A DNA stretch of 64,000 nt, taken from Eledone cirrhosa. Taxonomy: Eukaryota. Below, piece after piece: positions 1 to 13,922 of this stretch. Made by a program: the position numbers and the translations under genes. Numbering within the stretch: the stretch's first letter is position 1; each line of letters opens with the position of its first letter. The DNA is taken from assembly GCA_964016885.1 (NCBI GenBank), contig OZ024747.1, positions 78,306,001-78,370,000 on the forward strand. Reading direction: 5' to 3'. Below the pieces are notes generated by a model. That model ran no database searches, was not told the origin of the DNA, and saw only the letters and a list, made by a program, of their open reading frames with translations.

Positions 1-1019
1 AATAGGAGTTGAGACAACATGATATGGAGAGAGAGATAAAGTAATAGGAGTTGAGACAACATGTATATGGAGAGAGAGAGAGAGAGAGAGGGGGGGTGAG
101 AGAGATAAAGTATCAAATTTAACAACAGTCTTGAGTTTTAATTGCCTCACTTGCAAACACATCAATTTAAGAAAATAAGGAAAACTGCTTTCATAAAACT
201 GCTTTAATGCTTTTTAGACGAACCACCAAACCCCATATATTTTCTAGCTAGACAAACCCTTACTTGTTAAATAATTTATCTAACCCCTTTGATACCAATC
301 TGCCCCAAACACCTCTGGTTCTCCCAAGCAAACCCACCTATTTTAAAGGGTTCCAATCCAAATCCAAATCTTCCAACCTAATTTTTATATAAGAGCTATA
401 TATATAAAGTTACTAAAATTATTTCTCTTAACTAAGACAGTAAGTCCATCAAAATTCTTGAATTAAATCAAATAGTGTTTCGTTATAAATATGTAACAAA
501 ATGGTTAACTTAACTTGTTATTAAAACTACCAACATGATACTAACAACGTTTAATAATTTTTTAAAATAAACCCACACATATATCTACAATTTTATGTAA
601 CTAAATAAATCAGAACAAGTGTAGAGTTGAAGGATTGTCATCAGAAATTTATGGAATGTACCAGTTGTCAGCAACACCAACCATAGATAGACTAAAGTGG
701 CCAAGTGTGTGTTAGTGAGACGGAATAAGTAAAAACAAAAATACACAGCTAAATATGGATAACTTCGTCACCTTATCCTGTAACTGATTTCGTCAACTAG
801 CCACACTTATCACAATTGCTGAACAACATCGTCCCTAGTTGCAGGTTTTCAATGAATCAGCCTCTATTTACTGTATTTCTGGCTCCATTCTCAGAATTTA
901 AGGGGTATACAATGAAAGAGTCGGTCCCAGACATCACCAAATCTCTACATACTACTGCAGTAGGGTGTGGTTGAGGGAAATTTGGTCATTATCTTCAGCA
1001 TTAACCAGACCAACACGGC

Positions 1020-1330
1020 TAAACCATCAAAATTAAACACCATATATCTAAACTCATAAGCCATCAGTGTTAAACCATCGTATGTAAGCCATCAGAGTTA
1101 AACCATCAGAATTAAACCGTCGTATGTAAGCCATCAGAATTAAACCGTTGTATGTAAACCATTAGAATTAAATCATCGTATGTAACCTATTAGAATTAAA
1201 CCATCGTATGTAACCCATTAGAATTAAACCATCAGAACTAAACATCATACATCTAAATCTATAAATCCTTAATACTAAATCATCTGAACTAAACTTATCT
1301 TATGTAAACATCTTAACTAAAGCATCACAA
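1020..1330. repeat. Degenerate 13-14-bp tandem repeat
   Basis: Alternating TAAACCATCAGAAT and TAAACCATCGTATG units. Confidence 0.8.
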
Positions 1331-2041
1331 CTAAGTCCATAAACCTTCCCAGGCTCTGTGATGGCAGGAAGGGTCTGTCATGGTAGGAAGGGTAATGCGT
1401 AGATGGGAGGACGATAAGGCCGGTGGCGTTTATGTTCATTTTAGAAAAAAACTCCTAAGTCAGTGGTTTATAGAGGGAGGATGGAGAATATAGATAGGGA
1501 AAGGAAGGTAGTTCCAAAATGAGGTGTAGTTCTGTGAAGAGATTAGTATTACTATATCGCTCTCAGACACAGACACACACACACATAGACATACACATAC
1601 ACAGAGACACATACACAGACACAAAACACAAACAAACAAAATATAAGTGTTGTATTTTTTGTCTCATGTTTTCCAACTCTTGCCCTCCGCTCAGGGGAAA
1701 ACACACACCAAAAAAGTTGTTCAAATAAATATAAAGATACAATAAAGTATAACAAAAACATAGCTTATATTTCGAATGATGCTGAATCAGAATTTATTTC
1801 CTTATATTAATAAATACAAAAATATATAAGAAGCAAAGAAAAAAAAAAAACCAAAAAAATGTAAAACAAATATATTGCATACAAAGTAAACCATTATTTC
1901 ACAGTAAACAAGAATAAATACGATACACAAACACACGCATATATATAATATATATATACATATGTATATATGCACATATATACATACATATAATAAGGAG
2001 TTGACGAACCCACCATATTTATCAATGTCAGACATATATAC

Positions 2042-2080
<39 letters not shown>

Positions 2081-2205
2081 GGAGGTGAGTTTTATTGTAG
2101 TACAATAAAGCAATGCAGATATCGGATAAGAAGCACTCTACAGTTTGTAGGACTGGAGTATACATAATATAAGATCAAAAGATGGTTAAAGGAGTTCCAT
2201 GTATT

Positions 2206-2268
2206 TTATTATGCGCATTTCAAAAACAAACATCATCAAGCAATAATATTTGTGTTTTCATCAGATAA
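2206..2268 (-). ncRNA. Minimal hammerhead motif, family A (inverted copy, 4-bp stem I)
   Basis: Exact reverse complement of the 2332-2394 motif; stem I is reduced to TTAT/ATAA by the inversion junction. Confidence 0.6.
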
Positions 2269-2327
2269 TGTTGATTTAAAACTGCACTATCCACAAGTGT
2301 TTTTTTAGCCTTCATATCATGTTCTCC

Positions 2328-2398
2328 TGTTTTATCTGATGAAAACACAAATATTATTGCTTGATGATGTTTGTTTTTGAAATGCGCATAATAAAATA
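2328..2398 (+). ncRNA. Minimal type I hammerhead ribozyme motif, family A
   Basis: TGTTTTAT-CTGATGA-[AAA C ACAAATATTATT GCTT GATGATGTTTGT T TTT]-GAAA-T GCGC A-TA^ATAAAATA. Stems I, II and III and the core are all present; predicted cleavage after 2390. Confidence 0.8.
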
Positions 2399-2428
2399 CA
2401 TGGAACTCCTTTAACCATCTTTTGATCT

Positions 2429-2491
<63 letters not shown>

Positions 2492-2808
2492 CATACATAC
2501 ATACATATATATACATACATATTAAACCATACATACATATACATAAAAATCTCTTCCTGAGTCTAATCATTTTCGTTGCTATGGCAATGCGGCTGGACTG
2601 CCGATCGCTATATTTGATTTGCAAAGCTGTCTAAACGTATTGTTATTACTCTGGGGTATTATTCTCTATCGAGTGCTAAAACTACATTCCGAATTTGCAT
2701 TCGTTAGCTTAGCCGCAGCCTAAAGCTTCGTTAATGCTGTACTAAAATTTGTGTGTATATATATATATATATAGAGATAATATAATACATATATACATAT
2801 ATATATAT

Positions 2809-3310
2809 GATGGCTGCCCCCTCGTTATCGAGTATGGCCATTGCACGATATAACATTATTTATAATTATTAATTAATTCTATCGTGCAATGCCTGTGCGT
2901 GAAGATATTTTTTAAAGTGAGGAAAGACTGTGCACTGAGCCAATCCCACTCTCTGAGCGACAGTAGCTATAACCCGAAAAGAAGAAAAGATCAACATCAT
3001 CGGTAACTACTGAGCCGCAGGTTTTATGTCGGAGTTATCCCAGTTTCCTGAGTTGCCTTCTCCTAGAAGAATGCCCTGACAAAGGCTAGGTGTCCTTCAC
3101 TCCCAGTTGTTTATCCGCGCGATACATGTGTATATACATATTTACACACTTTTGGATGGCCGTTGACTCTCTTGAGTTCTTCCGCCCTTTGTCAGGTTTT
3201 GTTTTTTGTCCTTCAGGGTGTCCAAAATTACCCTCCTCACCAAGTAAACTTGGTGGGGTTGCCGGTTTAGTCGCCGACGACCCGACCATGCGACAGGTTG
3301 TACTGGGTTA
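2809..3310 (-). mobile_element. Short bipartite RTE-derived non-autonomous element
   Basis: 5' part is shared with 33900-34063; contains a CTAGGAGAAGG(C/A)AACTC motif and a 3' tail CTCGATAACGAGGGGGCAGCCATC similar to the RTE tail. Confidence 0.55.
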
Positions 3311-3314
3311 TATA

Positions 3315-4211
3315 TACATGGTGGCTGCCAACTCGTTTTCGAGTACGGCCACTACTTTATATCCATGTAGGAGAACCCCTACCGATGTGCTGAACGAGTG
3401 TAGCTTTTTAGTCCAGTCAGCGACTTGAAAACTCTGGTACAAACACGACACTTGTGACAATTATTGACACCTAGTGCTGGGCCCATGGTACCATGTGACC
3501 CAAGGTGTCGTGTGAGATCACTACTCGTCCTGCATACCCCTCCACAAACATTACATGTTGTCGTCTGATGAACACTTATAGCTCCACAGGTGCCTGCTTC
3601 CCTGTTCTTGTGCACTCTCGGGTGACTCTTTAGACTTGCCATGCTCAGACAAACCCTATTACAGGTCTCAAATGTCAGGTCAGGCCGTCTGTCAGTGCCT
3701 TCGGGAAGGCCAACATGGATTCCTTTCCGGACATCTCTTTTTAGTGTCGCGAGCCTTCTTCTTGTTTCCTCAAATAGACTCTTGCCACTAGCCACTGCTT
3801 TCCTCCACTGCGATCGGTCGCTAGAGCATGCTTCCCAGTGCTCACAAGGGATGTTACTTTTCTTGAGCGCCCCGCCCCCTTGATGCAGTCCTTAAAACGC
3901 ATCTTCAGTTTGCTCGCGTTCCTTTTTCCCATTTGGGGCTCGCCATAAAGCATCTGCTTCAGCATTCGCTTGTCATTCATCCATACAAGATGGCCTGTCC
4001 AGCGCAGTTTCAAAATTATGGACTCGACACTATCGCAGCCACTTCTGTCCAGAACCTCGACGTCACTGACAAACATTTGCCAGGTTATGCCGAGGATCCG
4101 ACGTAAGCAGTACTGGTGGAACCTCTCAAGTCGCTTCATCTGTCTACAGTAGACCACGCACGTCTCACAAGCATAAAGAAGTGCCGCGAGCACACACGCA
4201 TGCTACACTGA
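3315..4211 (-). mobile_element. RTE-clade LINE 3' fragment
   Basis: LLYACET..RLERFHQYCLRRILGITWQ..LRWTGHLVWM..MLYGE, followed by C2H2-like fingers (CNVC..H, CRVC..KS); tail GGCAGCCACCAT(GTAT). Confidence 0.85.
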
Positions 4212-5630
4212 GCTTTGTCTTTACCAATAATTCTATGGCAGAGTTTTGGAATAAACACGTCAATGCAATTTTCTTCTAAATCTAAGGACGCACCACAGAT
4301 AAGTAAGGAGGGATGACATGAAATACTCCCCCGACTCAGATATATATTTAATCCCTTCTTTCTTGTAGAAATTAATATTTTCAGAATATTTCCCCAAGAG
4401 GAAATTATGTAAAAACAACGAAGAAGGAGAGAAAATGACGAGAATTGACAATTGAACAAATTCCAGCTATCACAGCAATTAAACAGGGGGGTGGGGGGAG
4501 AAAACGGGGTTAAACATCTTGATTCGTCAGCTAAAATATCTTAAGAGCCTACACAGTACATTTCTTTCGAAGAAAAAAATACAAAACTCTCAAGATTTAA
4601 TGTAACCTACACCCTAACACACACACACACAAGCATAAACATATACAACCTATCTCTTTTACCACAAATATACATACACACGCTCCCTCTCCCTTATACA
4701 CACTCATACACTCTAGTTCTTGCACAACACGTAATCTCTCTCTCTCTAACAAACCCCTCTGTCACATCCCTTATGTTTTCCTCTTCACCAACAACAACCT
4801 GTTGATGGGAGCAGTGAATTATAAAGAAATAGAAAAAAATATTTGGGATGAATGAGGGAGAAGGGGTGAACAGAGCTGAAGAGTGGGGGGGGGGGGTACA
4901 TTGTGGGATGAGGAAGGCAGCCATCAGTCAGTCAGGAAGGAAGGGATAGTTTATTATGTATTGTAACAAGTGGCCAATGCTTCTATGTTTGTGTCACTGT
5001 TGTTTTTTACTGTAATAACAGCAGGCACAAAAATGGCGTTCAGGATTTTACAAGGAAATTTGAGTAAAGTGGAGCAAAAAGAAAAGAAAATAGAAAAAAA
5101 AATGTTGAAAAATAATATATAAAAATGTTTCAAATTTTTAAAAATATATGTATAATGACAAACTTAAATAAAACATAAGACGAAATGGCCCACGAGAATC
5201 GAACCATGTATTCGATGTATAGAGAGACAATCACGTTACTATTACACTTAAGAAGACCTGTCAAATTGTCTAAACACCTGACTGAACTACAATTATTTAC
5301 CTTCACTTTCATCTCAAGTTTTACAGGTATGATGAGTAATAACCAACTAAATCACCGACCAACAGACCCGACAACCCCACTCTCCATCGCTGTTTCAAAC
5401 TGTGTAGTTCTTTCATGTTGTCTTAAGACTATCCCAGAATAAATGTAATATATAAACAGTAAAAGATTATTTTAAAAAAACTCATGTAAGATAAACTTAA
5501 TACATTTACCAACTAACTGCAACATAAACTTTTCAGTTTTTTTAATTCTAATGCTTTTCATGTTTTTGTTTTTTTTCCAGATTATTTTGATGTTATATTG
5601 CTTAATATTATAGTTTGACCCCCCCTCTGA

Positions 5631-7540
5631 AATGAATGCAGATCAGACATATATAAGACATTGTTTGCTGTATTAATAGAGTTTCTACTATAAAAATGGA
5701 GTTCCAACTGTCCGAACAAGTCAACGATGGTTTAAACAATTTCGATCAGGGAACTTTTCCTTCGGTGATTCCCATCGATCAGGGAGACTGAGTTCTGATC
5801 TCGAGCTTTTACAGAATGTGATGAAAGAACACCCTAAGCAAACTACACAAGAATTGGTAAAAGTGTTCAATACCTGTCACGGGACTATTGCAAAAGGCGT
5901 CTAAACGTGGCCAGTGGGTACCACATAATCTCACTGCTACTGTCAAAAGTGTCTAAACGTGGCCAGTGGGTACCACATAATCTCACTGGTACTGTAAAAA
6001 GGCGTCTAAACGTGGCCAGTGGGTACCACATAATCTCACTGGTACTGTCAAAAGTGTCTAAACGTGGCCAGTGGGTACCACATTATCTCACTGGTACTGT
6101 AAACAGTGTCTAAACGTGGCCAGTGGGTACCACATAATCTCACTGCTACTGTCAAAAGTGTCTAAACGTGGCCAGTGGGTACCACATTATCTCACTGGTA
6201 CTGTAAAAAGGCGTCTAAACGTGGCCAGTGGGTACCACATAATCTCACTGCTACTGTCAAAAGTGTCTAAACGTGGCCAGTGAGTACCACATTATCTCAC
6301 TGGTACTGTAAACAGTGTCTAAACGTGGCCAGTGGGTACCACATAATCTCACTGGTACTGTAAACAGTGTCTAAACGTGGCCAGTGGGTACCACATAATC
6401 TCACTGGTACTGTAAAAAGTGTCTAAACGTGGCCAGTGAGTACCACATTATCTCACTGGTACTATAAACAGTGTCTAAACGTGGCCAGTGGGTACCACAT
6501 AATCTCACTGGTACTGTAAAAAGTGTCTAAACGTGGCCAGTGAGTACCACATTATCTCACTGGTACTGTAAACAGTGTCTAAACGTGGCCAGTGGGTACC
6601 ACATTATCTCACTGCTACTGTCAAAAGTGTCTAAACGTGGCCAGTGGGTACCACATAATCTCACTGCTACTGTAAACAGTGTCTAAACGTGGCCAGTGAG
6701 TACCACATTATCTCACTGGTACTGTAAACAGTGTCTAAACGTGGCCAGTGGGTACCACATAATCTCACTGGTACTGTAAACAGTGTCTAAACGTGGCCAG
6801 TGGGTACCACATAATCTCACTGCTACTGTAAAAAGTGTCTAAACGTGGCCAGTGGGTACCACATTATCTCACTGGTACTGTAAAAAGTGTCTAAACGTGG
6901 CCAGTGGGTACCACATAATCTCACTGGTACTGTAAACAGTGTCTAAACGTGGCCAGTGGGTACCACATTATCTCACTGGTACTGTAAAAAGTGTCTAAAC
7001 GTGGCCAGTGGGTACCACATTATCTCACTGCTACTGTAAAAAGTGTCTAAACGTGGCCAGTGGGTACCACATTATCTCACTGGTACTGTAAAAAGTGTCT
7101 AAACGTGGCCAGTGGGTACCACATTATCTCACTGCTACTGTAAAAAGTGTCTAAACGTGGCCAGTGGGTACCACATTATCTCACTGCTACTGTAAAAAGT
7201 GTCTAAACGTGGCCAGTGGGTACCACATTATCTCACTGGTACTGTCAAAAGTGTCTAAACGTGGCCAGTGGGTACCACATAATCTCACTGGTACTGTCAA
7301 AAGTGTCTAAACGTGGCCAGTGGGTACCACATAATCTCACTGCTACTGTCAAAAGTGTCTAAACGTGGCCAGTGAGTACCACATTATCTCACTGGTACTG
7401 TAAAAAGTGTCTAAACGTGGCCAGTGGGTACCACATTATCTCACTGGTACTCAACTCGATCAAAGAGCTGATCTTTGCTCTTCATTAAAAAGTAGACTTG
7501 TCAATGACCCCTTCCGGGTAGAATAATAACCAGTGGTACC
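5631..7540 (+). pseudogene. Mariner transposase N-terminal fragment interrupted by its own minisatellite
   Basis: YIRHCLLY..TVRTSQRWFKQFRSGNFSFGDSHRSGR..PKQTTQELVKVFN..KVSKRGQWVPHNLT [array] TQLDQRADLCSSLKSRLVNDPF..RIITSG; collinear with mariner transposases. Confidence 0.85.
5892..7451 (+). repeat. 52-bp minisatellite, ~30 units
   Basis: Unit AAAAGTGTCTAAACGTGGCCAGTGGGTACCACAT(A/T)ATCTCACTG(G/C)TACTGT(A/C). Confidence 0.97.
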
Positions 7541-8309
7541 GTTCTGTATTTTACTGATTAGCTAAGCTACATTCACATACAAATATACGAAGAATTATTA
7601 TCATCATACACTGATTTATTCCAAGTGTCCTCATCATGGCTGTTATATACATGTTTCCGCTCAATCCACTTAAACTAGAGTATATATAGGTACTCTGACC
7701 CTGTATGTGAACTCCATCTTAACACTAAAATTGTAGGACAACAAGAAGATAGAAACAATTTTAAAGTTTCGAGATTGAATGTCGTTTCTTGTTTAACACT
7801 TTTGATACGAAATTCTCTAAATCCGCCTCTAATCCCTTGATTCAACACTGGCTGTCTAGCGTTTATATCTATCTGTCAAGATTCTATTTAAGAATCTTGC
7901 ATTAAGTTATGTTCCAACCACCAGCTTAATAATGAGAAGGTTAGTTATATTGCTAAATCCCTTGAAATTCTTGATTGTTTAAAAATTACTTGAAAATCCT
8001 ATGTGGTGTCTTTCCTTAGAGATATAGTAACGAAAGGATTAAATGTTCTCAAGTGGTGTTTATATTTCTGTTAAGCGTACTTAAGAGGTTATCAAAGCTT
8101 GGCATATGTGTTAATTCTTTCTATTATCTTATCTTCCAATGTTGTTGACTTTGTTCCACAAGGATTATGAGTCCGCCTTCCCCTCAACAAAGGATCGGCC
8201 ATGTCTAATTTCTTTCTTTTCCCCACAGATTACGACAGATCTCTCTCTCTCTCTCAATATATATATATTGGAAAATGTGTGAGATCCTTGGTACAGTTAG
8301 GTATATTTG

Positions 8310-8426
8310 AAAAAAAGGAAAAGAATGAATTCATTTGTAGTTCTAAATAATTTGATTTAATTTTATATTATAAAATTAAATCAAATTATTTAGAACTACA
8401 AGTGAAGTCATTCTTTTCCTTTTTTC
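8310..8426. repeat. ~115-bp near-perfect palindrome next to (TA)n
   Basis: AAAAAAGGAAAAGAATGA.TTCA.TTGTAGTTCTAAATAATTTGATTTAATTTTATA followed directly by its reverse complement. Confidence 0.85.
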
Positions 8427-8499
8427 CAATATATATATATATATATATATACACATGCATATATATGTATATATACACATACACACATATATATATACT

Positions 8500-8539
<40 letters not shown>

Positions 8540-9794
8540 CACACACACACATATATATATATATATAATCTGTCCAGTTTCGGGAACCAAAAGAAAATCA
8601 CAAACGTGACTTTATAAAAAAGAAAGTGGGGGCGGTACATATAGACGTGTTGTTACAAATACATGTTTTATGTGTGTACATATAAAGCAGAGAATAAACA
8701 GTAAACATGTATTCATACATGTAATACTAAAGTGTAAATAGTTTAGCTTTCCTTTACAATCAACGAACGACCCGTTCCCAGTCAAGTAAATGTCAAAAAC
8801 AGAAAATAACATGAATATATATATATATATATATATATATAGAAAAAGAAAAAAATATGTGCAACAACGTACACCCTTATTTATTTATAGTGTATAAAGC
8901 AAACACCACTTTGCTATTATTTTGATCTTTTAAGACAGGGCGATAACTGAACTATTATTTTCACAAATCACTTGATTATCTTTTATTACAACTATTGTAT
9001 TCTTTCTTTTAAATATATTTTATTTAACAGGTTCAAGTCAATAAACTTGAAGTGCATGTCATTATAAACAGATATTTTCTTCAACACAACCACCAGAGAC
9101 TTATATGTACCTGTTAGTGTCATGTTAGCTAGTATATAATTGATTTTTATTTATATAAGAGAAAAAAAATAGGAAAGTGTCTTAATCCTAGTATATAATT
9201 GATTTTTATTTATATAAGAGAAAAAAAATAGGAAAGTGTCTTTTGACAAGACAATGGTGGGAACCTCAAACGATAGATGGTCCCAGAGGCGAGAAACCTC
9301 AGATTCGGTTTCGAATCTTCGCCGGTTAAACATAGGAGTATTCCGTTATAAAAGAATAAATAGAAAAGAAGAGAAGAAGAGAATTAAGGATGGCAAACCC
9401 CTATATCTTTGGCTGGGCGGTATATCTCAATAGAGGCCCGCAGAGAAGATGGGAAAAGAATTGCCGCAGACAACAATCAGTGATGCCGGTTGCGTCAACC
9501 GTTCCACCTTTGGGGATCCTTCCTTGGACATAATGTGCCCCACACTACCGATTTGGTAAAGGAAAACGGCAGTTAGAGAACTGAGGCCTCAAGAGGTCTC
9601 GATGGTGGCCGACACATAAAGGAAATCATCATCCAATGCCTATAAGTTTATTTACATCTAACATGATCTATTAGAAACCCAAGTACTTGACATGTATTTC
9701 CTTTTATCGACCCCAGGAGAATAAAAACAAAGTTGACTCTGGCAGGATTTGAATGTTACTAAGTAAAATGAAAGATTCTAATATTACACACACA

Positions 9795-9831
<37 letters not shown>

Positions 9832-9973
9832 TTTTGCGACATTGAGGACCGAGTAAGTTAGATCGCAGATATATATATATAAAAGACAGCGAGAAGCGAA
9901 AACCAACCAAACAGTGAGTGTGTTCTGTTATTAATTCTGGCAATATTACGCAAATATGACCCTCCCCAAATAT

Positions 9974-10040
<67 letters not shown>

Positions 10041-11807
10041 CACGTGTGTGTGTGTTAGGTAATTCCGAAGGAAAAAAGAGTGCTGTATGTATAGAACAGA
10101 GCTATTTAATTAGAAAGTGAACAACACAAAATATAACAAAATACGTCTGGATCGGTCAGACATGTTTTTTCTCAACAAGCGAGCACATATATGGCCATAT
10201 GGTTAAGGTTTTCGCTGCACTAATACATGATCTTGTTTTCGATCCCATTCTATGCCAACGTGGCCAAGTGTCTTCTATCTACTTTAAGCAAGACTAAAGA
10301 CATGTTAATGTAATTTAGCAGGCGGAAACTACGTGGAAAACCGTTTGAGGGATTGTTCTTGTTCTTGGGTAGATAGGAGGGTGATAAACTTGTCACCTTG
10401 TTTAATACAATCACATTGCCCCTGTGTGACTATAGAGGAATTCAATCAGAGCAGCAGCAATGAAACCCTTGCGGTGTTTCAACGGACTTCCCATTAGTGT
10501 AACTAGCTAATTCGGACATATTTGTTTCTACAAAACCTTACAACTATTACATTAAAAATAGCACAAGGATGTATTTCACGCACACCCAAGTGTGTATGTG
10601 TGTGTGTACGTGCGTGTGTGAAGAAAAATAATTTACAGATTAGCAGCTTGAAGCTAAGCAGTTTGGTAGGTCTTTCATTTTAAGCACGAAAAATGTTGAT
10701 TATCCTAGCATTTCGTGCCTTTAGCACGGACACTTTTAGGTTTTGTAACCAAAACTTCTATCTACGTATTTATTTGTAACCCAAACTTAAATATCTACGT
10801 AATTATTTGAAACCAAAACCTAACAACTTTCTTATAATGGAAGGTTTTTTTAAGATAAATATAGTTTTGAATGAGAGAATGAGGGGCGGTTTCAAGCGGT
10901 TTAGTAACAGAATGGTAAATACATGGTCCCCCTCTGCCCACTATATTGGAACACATGAATTCCACTGTACAAAGACACTGGAAGGAAATTAAAATGAAAT
11001 TTACTGCTCACACTTATGTTGATGTAGATGACTTTCTACGAAGTTGCATCTCCTACGAGGTGTCTTGTGTGTTTTAATGATAGGAGCCCCAGTCTTTTCA
11101 TGAAAAGAAACATGAAATGAAGCGTCTTGCTCAAGAACACATTGCACTCGTTGGTCTGGGAATCGAACTCATGACCTTATTGATCGTGAGTCCAACACCT
11201 TATACACTAGGCCACGGATGTTCACTGTACAAATGCATTCTTTATCATATTCTGTAAAACTCTTCCTGAAAATGGTCATATGTTCGACCGAGGTGCGATA
11301 ACATTTTCTGATTTACATTCTGTCGTTACAGCTTGTGTGAATGTAGAACACAAGTACGTATTTTTATGTCTATCATCCAATTGATATTGTAGAACTATAC
11401 CGAAAAGACAGGCTAAGACAGGGGGGAAGGAGGGGGACTAAACTTGCCAATGCGTAAGATAGAAAAAGAGAGTGCTGTAAACAGTTACGTATCCCTGCAC
11501 ACATACATATACATCGTCATATTTTGAGAGGGTAATGCTGTCAATAAAGAAATCTTGCAAAACAAATACAAAAATGAAGTATATATGTATGGCCTTAGCC
11601 GGATGGAACAAGTAAAAGAGTAATATATATATAAGTGTATCCTGGGTTCAATCGGGAGTAACCACAGTAAGTAAGGTATTCAATACATAGCAGAGTATAA
11701 ATATTTAATATAGAAATGGCTTCTACAGGACTAGAACTGTTTCCTGATAATTTCTCCCGAATGAAACAGTTCTAGTCCTGTAGAAGCCATCTCTCTCTCT
11801 CTCTCTC

Positions 11808-11857
<50 letters not shown>

Positions 11858-12740
11858 TCTCGTTGCTCAAAGTTTTATAATATCCAGGTTTTAAACCTAG
11901 CTGCAATCAAACTCCTAGATTAAAGTTATGTAGTTGATACAAAATAATAGCGTGTTTCATAATAGAGGTGTGTATAAGGAATATACGATATTTTATATGT
12001 ATAATAAACATATAAAGTCTCACTATGTTTTAAGCTGTGATCATGTATGCCACCATTACTGAGGAAGCTGTGACATATAGCTGACATGATCACAGCTTTT
12101 AAACAGTCATAGCGAGACATATATGTTCATTATACAAAACATCTCGTATATACTTCATATATACATCTCTATGATATATTACTTAGTCTATGTGACACAG
12201 GAGACATAATTAGTAAAGTCGTTAGGACATGTCTGTAGATGCGGCATTTATATTGTGTCCTCAGAGCTTTAAGTTCAAATCCTAACGAGGTTAAATTTGC
12301 TTTTTGGGTTCGATAAAATAAGTACCAGTCTAGGACAGTGACCTAGTGAATTGGTAGAGCGTCGGACAAGACAAGACGTTTTATGATATTTGTTCCAGCT
12401 CTTTAAATTGCGAGTTCAAATCCCGCTGTGGATTTCATGGATAGCAGACATAAATCCGTCACCCCCAAAACTAAGTGGCGTTGTTAAACAACACCACCTA
12501 GTTTTGGGGTACCTTTCAGCAGAGTCCACTTTATTACAAGAATTTAGAATTAAGGATTCCTTCCCCATACCATCTTCTAGTGTCGGAGAACTCGAAAAAA
12601 GTAATACACATGGCCCTTCCCTCACTGCATAAACAGTAAAAATATCTATGTTTATATAGAACCTCATATAATATTTTAATGGTGGTGCCCCAGCATGGCC
12701 TCAGCCCTTCGACTGGAACACAAAAGAGTATGTATGTATG

Positions 12741-12796
<56 letters not shown>

Positions 12797-12837
12797 TTTA
12801 AAATATTAACAAAAATAGACATTCGTGTGATCAAGTA

Positions 12838-12904
12838 TATTTTATTATACATATTTCAGAGGTACTGAGCTATCTTCAACAGTACGTCCTCATCAGATAA
12901 AATA
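12838..12904 (-). ncRNA. Minimal type I hammerhead motif, family B (slightly diverged)
   Basis: Minus strand reads TATTTTAT-CTGATGA-[GGA C GTACTG TTGAAGATAGCT CAGTAC C TCT]-GAAA-T ATGT A-TA^ATAAAATA. Loop II differs from the 56.3-kb copy while the stem is kept. Confidence 0.75.
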
Positions 12905-13130
12905 AGATGATGCATGACATACCTTGACTAAGTAGATGGTTAAGATTCAGTCTTGGTAGTGATTTGATTTATTCATTGAACCTATTCATTGAACCTTGTT
13001 TAACTTTTAAATATATATATATATATACACACACAAATACGGGATCGCAGGAATGTTTTTGATCATGGGGCTAATCGAACCTCGAGGGAGAAGCGCAGTA
13101 TCTTGGGACCAGAGCCTTAGCTTACTTCCC

Positions 13131-13197
<67 letters not shown>

Positions 13198-13922
13198 TAT
13201 TCGAGCAGGACAACAAATCTTGCCTCAAGTGGGAAAACTCCCGTCCAAACCCATGCAAGAGTGGAAGATGGACGTTAAACGATCATGATGATGATGATAT
13301 ATATATATATGAGAGAGAGAAAGAGAGGTTTAGTCTTTTCAGACCAACTACATTTGGGGAATACTGACAAGATAAAGAGAACAATGGCCTAAATTCTTTC
13401 CTGCTCAATAACGGTTAATATAAGAGATTGATTTTTTTTTTGTTAAGGTGTCTAACCTTGAGACAGGAAGATAAATATGTGAAGGGGTAATTCTAAAGGG
13501 AGACCTAAGATCTAAAGGGATGGGATTATAGAATTGAGAGCAATAGACGATAGTCGCCTTAAACTAAACGGCTGGGACAAATTCAAATATCACGAGTAAC
13601 CTGTGAGTCCCAGATCCTCCATTCACTGTTGAAACCATCGCTGATATTCTTTAAACCTTTATTTTCCAACATAGCCAGATCTGCCCTTCTTTACCCCATT
13701 CTTGCCTTTGGTTTTTCGTTTTTTTTTTCATAACTTAATTTTGTTTTTATATATATTTGTTTAATATTTCCATCATTGTATAACTTCTGTTAGTAAAATA
13801 TAGTTAAGATCATATGTTTATATGATACCCGTCCCTGGGAGAGGTATTGTACATCACACATCATTCAATTACAGAAGTAACTCACATACCACCCACATCA
13901 CCTTCATTATTTTAATGAAGTG

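Larger units (their letters stand above)
2164..2436. mobile_element. Fold-back non-autonomous Penelope-like/retrozyme-like element (family A)
   Basis: Perfect 105-bp inverted arms at 2164-2268 and 2332-2436, each carrying a hammerhead motif; abuts (TA)n. A monomer copy lies at ~59040-59197. Confidence 0.65.

Noticed and set aside
3379-3795. C2H2 zinc-finger host gene
   Set aside because: Contiguous with RTE ORF2 and its tail, so it is part of the retroelement.
5892-7451. CRISPR-like regular array
   Set aside because: No unique spacers, eukaryotic context, and the unit derives from a mariner transposase.
8570-8790. Possible hammerhead on the minus strand (GGGAAC..GTTCCC-GAAAC)
   Set aside because: No CUGANGA core and no valid NUH site.
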